Assembly: GCA_963779415.1 (NCBI GenBank)
Contig: CAVZYA010000002.1
Span: 160,001 to 224,000 of the forward strand
Direction: 5' to 3'
Source: an uncultured Acidobacteriota bacterium
Lineage (GTDB): Bacteria > Acidobacteriota > Thermoanaerobaculia > UBA5066
Length of the DNA stretch: 64,000 bases
The notes under the pieces are model-generated. The model was not told where the DNA came from. It did not search any database and saw only the letters and a list, made by a program, of their open reading frames with translations. Position numbers and translations under genes: made by a program. Shown one piece after another: positions 60,009 to 64,000 of the stretch (positions within the stretch are counted from its first letter, which is position 1; each line of letters starts with the position of its first letter).

Positions 60009-60085
60009 TGGCCTGCCCGGCCGGATTCGAACCGGCGACCCTCGGCTTAGAAGGCCGATGCTCTGTCCAACTGAGCTACGGGCAG
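60009..60085 (-). tRNA. tRNA-Arg (TCT)
   Basis: Reverse complement CTGCCCGTAGCTCAGTTGGACAGAGCA-TCGGC-CT-TCT-AA-GCCGA...GTTCGAATC...GGGCAGGCCA. Confidence 0.97.
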
Positions 60086-60099
60086 AGGCCGGGGAGAGT

Positions 60100-60873
60100 C
60101 TAGCGCCCGGCGCCGATTCTCTTCCGGAGGGCGGCGGAGACGGCGGCGCAGGAAGACTCTACCCGCGGCGCCACGGCCGCCGCGCAGTTCGGGCGGTTCG
60201 CCACGAGCCAGTCGCGCAGGGCCACCGCGTCGGCGAAGCAGGCGTCGGCGCCCGTCAGGCCGCAGAGGGCCGCGTCGTGCCGGAAGACATAGCCCCCCAC
60301 GACGATCTTCGTCCCGGGAGAGATTCTCCGGATCTCCTCCACCGTCTTGCCGCACTCGGCAAGGTGCGCGGCGAGCGCGAGCGACAGGCCCACGGCCGCC
60401 GGCCGGTGGAGCGCGATGAAACGGATCGCACACTCTCGGGGTGTGTTGGCGCCGAGCAGGTCCGCCTGCCATCCGGCCATCCGGGCCACCTCGGCCACGA
60501 TCCGGACCCCCAGCTCGTGGAACTCGCCCGCCAGACAGGCCAGAAGGAGCCGTGGCGCACCAAGCGGCGGTGCGGGGAGCGCGGCCGCCATGTGCGCGAA
60601 CCCGTGGGAGACGAGCGCGCTGGCGAGGTGCTCTTCGGCGACCGAGACGTCTCCGGAACGCCACATCCGCCCCAGCTCCTCGAGGGCCGGCCCGATCAGG
60701 TCCCGGGCGACCTCGGCGAGGTCGGCCCCCCGTCGGGTCGCCTCCGCGAAGGAATCCTCGACGCCCGGCTCGTCCCCGGCCAGGAGCGCCATCAGGAGCG
60801 GTCCGGCGAGACCGCTCGCGGCGGGCGCGGCCGCCGGGCCCGGGGTCCGCTCCTTCGTCTCTCTGGTCACCAT
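60100..60873 (-). CDS. Stand-alone cobalamin-binding protein (CarH-type four-helix cap + Rossmann B12 domain, no HTH)
   Basis: W-x9-EH ([12 protein letters not shown]), EFHELG, LGANTP, VGLS and VVGG motifs. Confidence 0.85.
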   Translation of the reverse strand: MVTRETKERTPGPAAAPAASGLAGPLLMALLAGDEPGVEDSFAEATRRGADLAEVARDLIGPALEELGRMWRSGDVSVAEEHLASALVSHGFAHMAAALPAPPLGAPRLLLACLAGEFHELGVRIVAEVARMAGWQADLLGANTPRECAIRFIALHRPAAVGLSLALAAHLAECGKTVEEIRRISPGTKIVVGGYVFRHDAALCGLTGADACFADAVALRDWLVANRPNCAAAVAPRVESSCAAVSAALRKRIGAGR

Positions 60874-60942
60874 GCCTCGCTACGCGGGGCTCTTCCGAGC
60901 GGATTGTTCGGCGGCGGCGTCCGGCACGTCAATCGTGCAGGC

Positions 60943-61701
60943 TCATCCCTCGATCGCGACGTGCGTTCCGCCCCAGACGTCGAGGACCGCCCCGGTGATC
61001 GGGGCGGCGGCCGGCGACGCGAGAAAGAGGGCGGAGGCCGCGACATCTTCGGCGTTCAGCTTCTCCGAGAGCGGCGCTTCGTGGGGACTCGGCGACTCGT
61101 CGCGGGACCGGTTGTCCGTCGTGCCGGGGCAGATGGCGTTGACGGAGATTCCCATCCCGCGAAGCTCGGCCGAAAGCGCCTTCGTGAAGCCGATGAGGCC
61201 GAACTTCGCCGAGCAGTGGGCGACGACGTTCGCGCCGCCGACGGTGCCATGGATGGACGAGATGTTCAGGATCCTCCCGCGGGGCGCCGCCGAGAGCGAC
61301 GGAATCGCGGCCCTGGCGAGGAGGTAGGCCGACTTGAGGTTCGTTCCGAGGATCCGGTCCCATTCGGTCTCCTCGAGGTCTGCTAGGGCCTTCCAGACGA
61401 AGACGCCGGCGTTGTTCACGACGATGTCGAGCCGTCCCGTCGCTTCGAGAGCCCGGCGGACGAGCGCCTCGGCGTCGGCTTTCCGCGTGACGTCCGCCCC
61501 CTGGGCCACGGCAAGACCCCCCGCGCGCGCGATCTCCGCGATCGTCTCGTCGAGCTGCTCTTTCGTCCGCGAGGCGCAAACGACCACGGCGCCCGCCCCG
61601 GCGAAGGCATGGGCGATGGCGCGCCCGATGCCGCGCCCCGCCCCGGTGACGATCGCCGTCTCGCCCGAAAGGGGTCGCGGATCGGTGTCAAACGACGGCA
61701 C
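60943..61701 (-). CDS. Short-chain dehydrogenase/reductase
   Basis: TGAGRGIG, NNAG, NISS, HCSAK (at the YxxxK position) and NAICPG motifs. Confidence 0.9.
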   Translation of the reverse strand: MPSFDTDPRPLSGETAIVTGAGRGIGRAIAHAFAGAGAVVVCASRTKEQLDETIAEIARAGGLAVAQGADVTRKADAEALVRRALEATGRLDIVVNNAGVFVWKALADLEETEWDRILGTNLKSAYLLARAAIPSLSAAPRGRILNISSIHGTVGGANVVAHCSAKFGLIGFTKALSAELRGMGISVNAICPGTTDNRSRDESPSPHEAPLSEKLNAEDVAASALFLASPAAAPITGAVLDVWGGTHVAIEG

Positions 61702-61746
61702 AGACCGAGGTTAGCAGGAGAGATACCGCCTGCCTAGAATGGCCGC
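61702..61746. promoter_or_regulatory. Back-to-back -10 boxes for two probably leaderless divergent genes
   Basis: TAGAAT-N6-GTG on + (61735-61749) and TAACCT-N6-GTG on - (61713-61699). Confidence 0.6.
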
Positions 61747-62442
61747 GTGCCGACGCGCCCCCGGCTCCTCCTCTTCGACGTCGACGGGACTCTTCTCTCG
61801 GCCGGGCCGGCCTCCCGGGTGGCGTTCGCGAGCGCGCTGATCGACGTCTTCGGGACGAGTGGCGACCTGTCGAATTTCGCTTTCGAGGGGAAGCTCGACC
61901 CCGTCATCGTCCGGGAGCTGATGCGGGAGGCCGGAATCGACGACAGGCTCGTCCTCGAGCGGCTTCCGGAGGCCCTCGCGCTCTATCTCGACCGGCTGGA
62001 GGACGCCCTCGCCGTCGACCGGCCCCGGCTGAAGCCCGGCGTGCCGGAGCTTCTCGAGCGGGTCGCGGCCTCGCCGCTCGCGGTCCCCGCGCTCCTGACG
62101 GGAAACGTGGAGCGCGGTGCCCGGATCAAGCTCTCCGCGACCGGCCTCTGGCACCGCTTCCTCTTCGGTGTCTTCGGCGACGAGGCCCCGCGCCGGGAGA
62201 AGCTGGGGCCGCTGGCGATCGCCCGCGCGAAGGAGAAGACCGGAATCTCGTTCGGCGGTCGGGACTGCGTCGTGGTGGGCGACTCGCCGAGCGACGTGGC
62301 GTGCGGAAAGGCCATCGGGGCCCGCGTCGTGGCCGTCGCGACGGGCAAGACACCGGCCGACCGACTCCGGGCCGCCGGCGCCGACATCGTCCTTCCCGAC
62401 TTCCGCGATCTCGACGCCGCCTCGGAGGCGCTCCTTGCGTAA
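61747..62442 (+). CDS. HAD-superfamily hydrolase (phosphoglycolate phosphatase-like)
   Basis: LLFDVDGTLL, LLTGN, GVFGD, VVGDSPSDV and AVATG motifs. Confidence 0.92.
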   Translation: MPTRPRLLLFDVDGTLLSAGPASRVAFASALIDVFGTSGDLSNFAFEGKLDPVIVRELMREAGIDDRLVLERLPEALALYLDRLEDALAVDRPRLKPGVPELLERVAASPLAVPALLTGNVERGARIKLSATGLWHRFLFGVFGDEAPRREKLGPLAIARAKEKTGISFGGRDCVVVGDSPSDVACGKAIGARVVAVATGKTPADRLRAAGADIVLPDFRDLDAASEALLA

Positions 62443-63538
62443 CGGCACCGCCCGGCTTCTTCTCTCTCTCGTCGCTCTGGCTGCTCTCCCTGCCCCCGCA
62501 GAGACGCCGCGAGCGGGGGGCGGCCCCCCGTTCGACGTCGAGGCCCGAACGCCGCACCGGATCACGGCGGAAATCGACACGCAGCCCGCCCGGGACGTTC
62601 TCACCCTGATCACGGGGTCCGACGGGGCGGCGGCGGCCCTCCGGCGCCTCAAGGCCTCGACCTCGGCGCGTGCCGCTCTCCGGGCGGGGGAGACGAATGC
62701 CGAGGATTTCTGGGGGCGGCTCGTCATGGCGGCCACGGGAACGCCGGACACCCTCTTCGCGGGCTACCGAAGCGAGGCTTCCGTCTTTCGCGCCATCCTC
62801 GACCAGGCGGATCACGACGCGCCGGCCGCCATTCCCATCCTCGCGGCACGCGTCGCTTCGCTCCTCCCCGACGAGCCTCCACTCTCCGCGGCGATCGTCG
62901 TCGTCCCCTTCATCGGGATCGGCGGCTTCCGTGAGATTTCGTCCGTGCGGGAAGGAGGGACGCTCACCCTCGTCGTGGACCTGCCTCGCCTCGCCGGAAA
63001 CACGGGCGCGAGCCAGCCGCGCGAGGCCTTCCTGAAGATGCTGCGGGGCGCCGGAGCCGAGTCGTGGCGGATCCTCTTCGAGGCGTACGTGAGGAAGAGT
63101 CCCCCGTGGCCCCCCGCGGACGCGGCGAATCTGGACGCCCTTCTCGCCGCGACGGCCGCCGAGGGCCCCCGCGCCCTCTTCGAAATCCCGGACGAGTTCT
63201 TTCCGCTCGATCCTTTCTTCGCCGAGCCCGTCGCCCGCGCCTTCCTTCAGTGGAACGCCGTGGCGGAGAAGCTTCTCGAGCCCGAGACGAACGTGGTCGC
63301 CCGGCGCGAACTCCTCCGGGAGGCGATGCACGGCGACTTCTGGGCGCAGTACCCCGCCGTCGTCGGCGCCCAGATGGCCGAAGTCCTCATCCGGCAGAAG
63401 GGGCGCGCGGCCTACGCCGCAGCGCTCGCCGCCGGACCGCGCCCTCTCGCGCAGCTCTACGTCGAGACCGTGAAGGGGACGAAGAGGCCGGACTTCTCGA
63501 AGCGCGTCCGGAAGGCGATCGAGTCGAAGGGACCCTGA
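62435..63538 (+). CDS. Hypothetical exported protein
   Basis: TTG start overlapping the HAD stop; signal peptide RNGTARLLLSLVALAALPAPA; coding-like GC3; no recognised motif. Confidence 0.65.
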   Translation: MRNGTARLLLSLVALAALPAPAETPRAGGGPPFDVEARTPHRITAEIDTQPARDVLTLITGSDGAAAALRRLKASTSARAALRAGETNAEDFWGRLVMAATGTPDTLFAGYRSEASVFRAILDQADHDAPAAIPILAARVASLLPDEPPLSAAIVVVPFIGIGGFREISSVREGGTLTLVVDLPRLAGNTGASQPREAFLKMLRGAGAESWRILFEAYVRKSPPWPPADAANLDALLAATAAEGPRALFEIPDEFFPLDPFFAEPVARAFLQWNAVAEKLLEPETNVVARRELLREAMHGDFWAQYPAVVGAQMAEVLIRQKGRAAYAAALAAGPRPLAQLYVETVKGTKRPDFSKRVRKAIESKGP

Positions 63539-63541
63539 ACC

Positions 63542-63895
63542 TCAGCGGACGGGGAGCGTCGGAAGGACCGGTAGCGGGGGAAGCTCGGGAGGCCTCTCGC
63601 CCCACTCGCGCAGCTTCACGTACGGATAGAGCCCGTCCGAGTGCCCGTCCCCCCAGAAGATCTGGACGGCATATCCGCCCACCGGCGACGTACGGACGAC
63701 CTCGAAAGACGAAGAGGTAAGCGGCCGCTCCGGCCCCTTCATGAGCCGCCCGAGGATGTCGCGCTCGCCCGCGCATCCCGCGCAGGGACAGAGACGCCGG
63801 AGCGTCGTGAGCTTCACGAAGCTCTCCGTGCCGTCGCTCCACGCGACGGCCAGCTCGTCGCCGATTGCGGTCACCTGGTTCGCGCGGAGCGCCAT
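63542..63895 (-). CDS. DUF971 (GBBH-like N-terminal) domain protein
   Basis: LAVAWSDG, LRRLCPCAGC and VGGYAVQIFWGDGHSDGLY motifs. Confidence 0.9.
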   Translation of the reverse strand: MALRANQVTAIGDELAVAWSDGTESFVKLTTLRRLCPCAGCAGERDILGRLMKGPERPLTSSSFEVVRTSPVGGYAVQIFWGDGHSDGLYPYVKLREWGERPPELPPLPVLPTLPVR

Positions 63896-64000
63896 GTCGG
63901 GATCGTAGCGGAGAACGCTACTCGTACCTCAGGGCCTCGATGGGATCCAGCTTTGCGGCTTTGACGGCGGGATAAAGCCCGAAAAAGAGGCCGATCGAGA

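Overview
High-GC bacterial window, probably Acidobacteriota (Thermoanaerobaculia-like). That assignment is an inference from the style of the Ser/Thr kinases and secreted proteins. In order, the window contains: the end of an OprO/OprP-type porin; two tandem RND efflux operons; an isochorismatase-family hydrolase; a GYF+PrsW-like membrane protein; a minus-strand c-di-GMP/two-component cluster; a ferredoxin, malic enzyme and NAGS/K-like gene; tRNA-Arg(CCG) and tRNA-His; an aminotransferase and thioesterase; a secreted nine-heme cytochrome c; Fe-S, carbonic anhydrase, hydrolase and B12-radical SAM genes; two Ser/Thr kinase-TPR genes; three tandem large secreted enzymes; an LtaS-like gene and an arylsulfotransferase; tRNA-Arg(TCT); and small housekeeping genes. 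At least eight genes are broken by single-base indels that look like long-read assembly errors. The strongest novelty candidate is an unnamed ~480-aa two-fold repeated beta-rich module. It is fused at the N- or C-terminus to three different glycan-active catalytic domains (41367-51599), and two copies are nearly identical at DNA level. Other leads are a candidate sigma54-driven ~50-nt sRNA with an anti-Shine-Dalgarno seed (13513-13590), the multiheme cytochrome with a Pro/Thr stalk, a GGDEF-PilZ fusion, a stand-alone CarH-type B12 domain and a recurrent leaderless-promoter signature. No integrase, transposase, CRISPR array or rRNA was seen.
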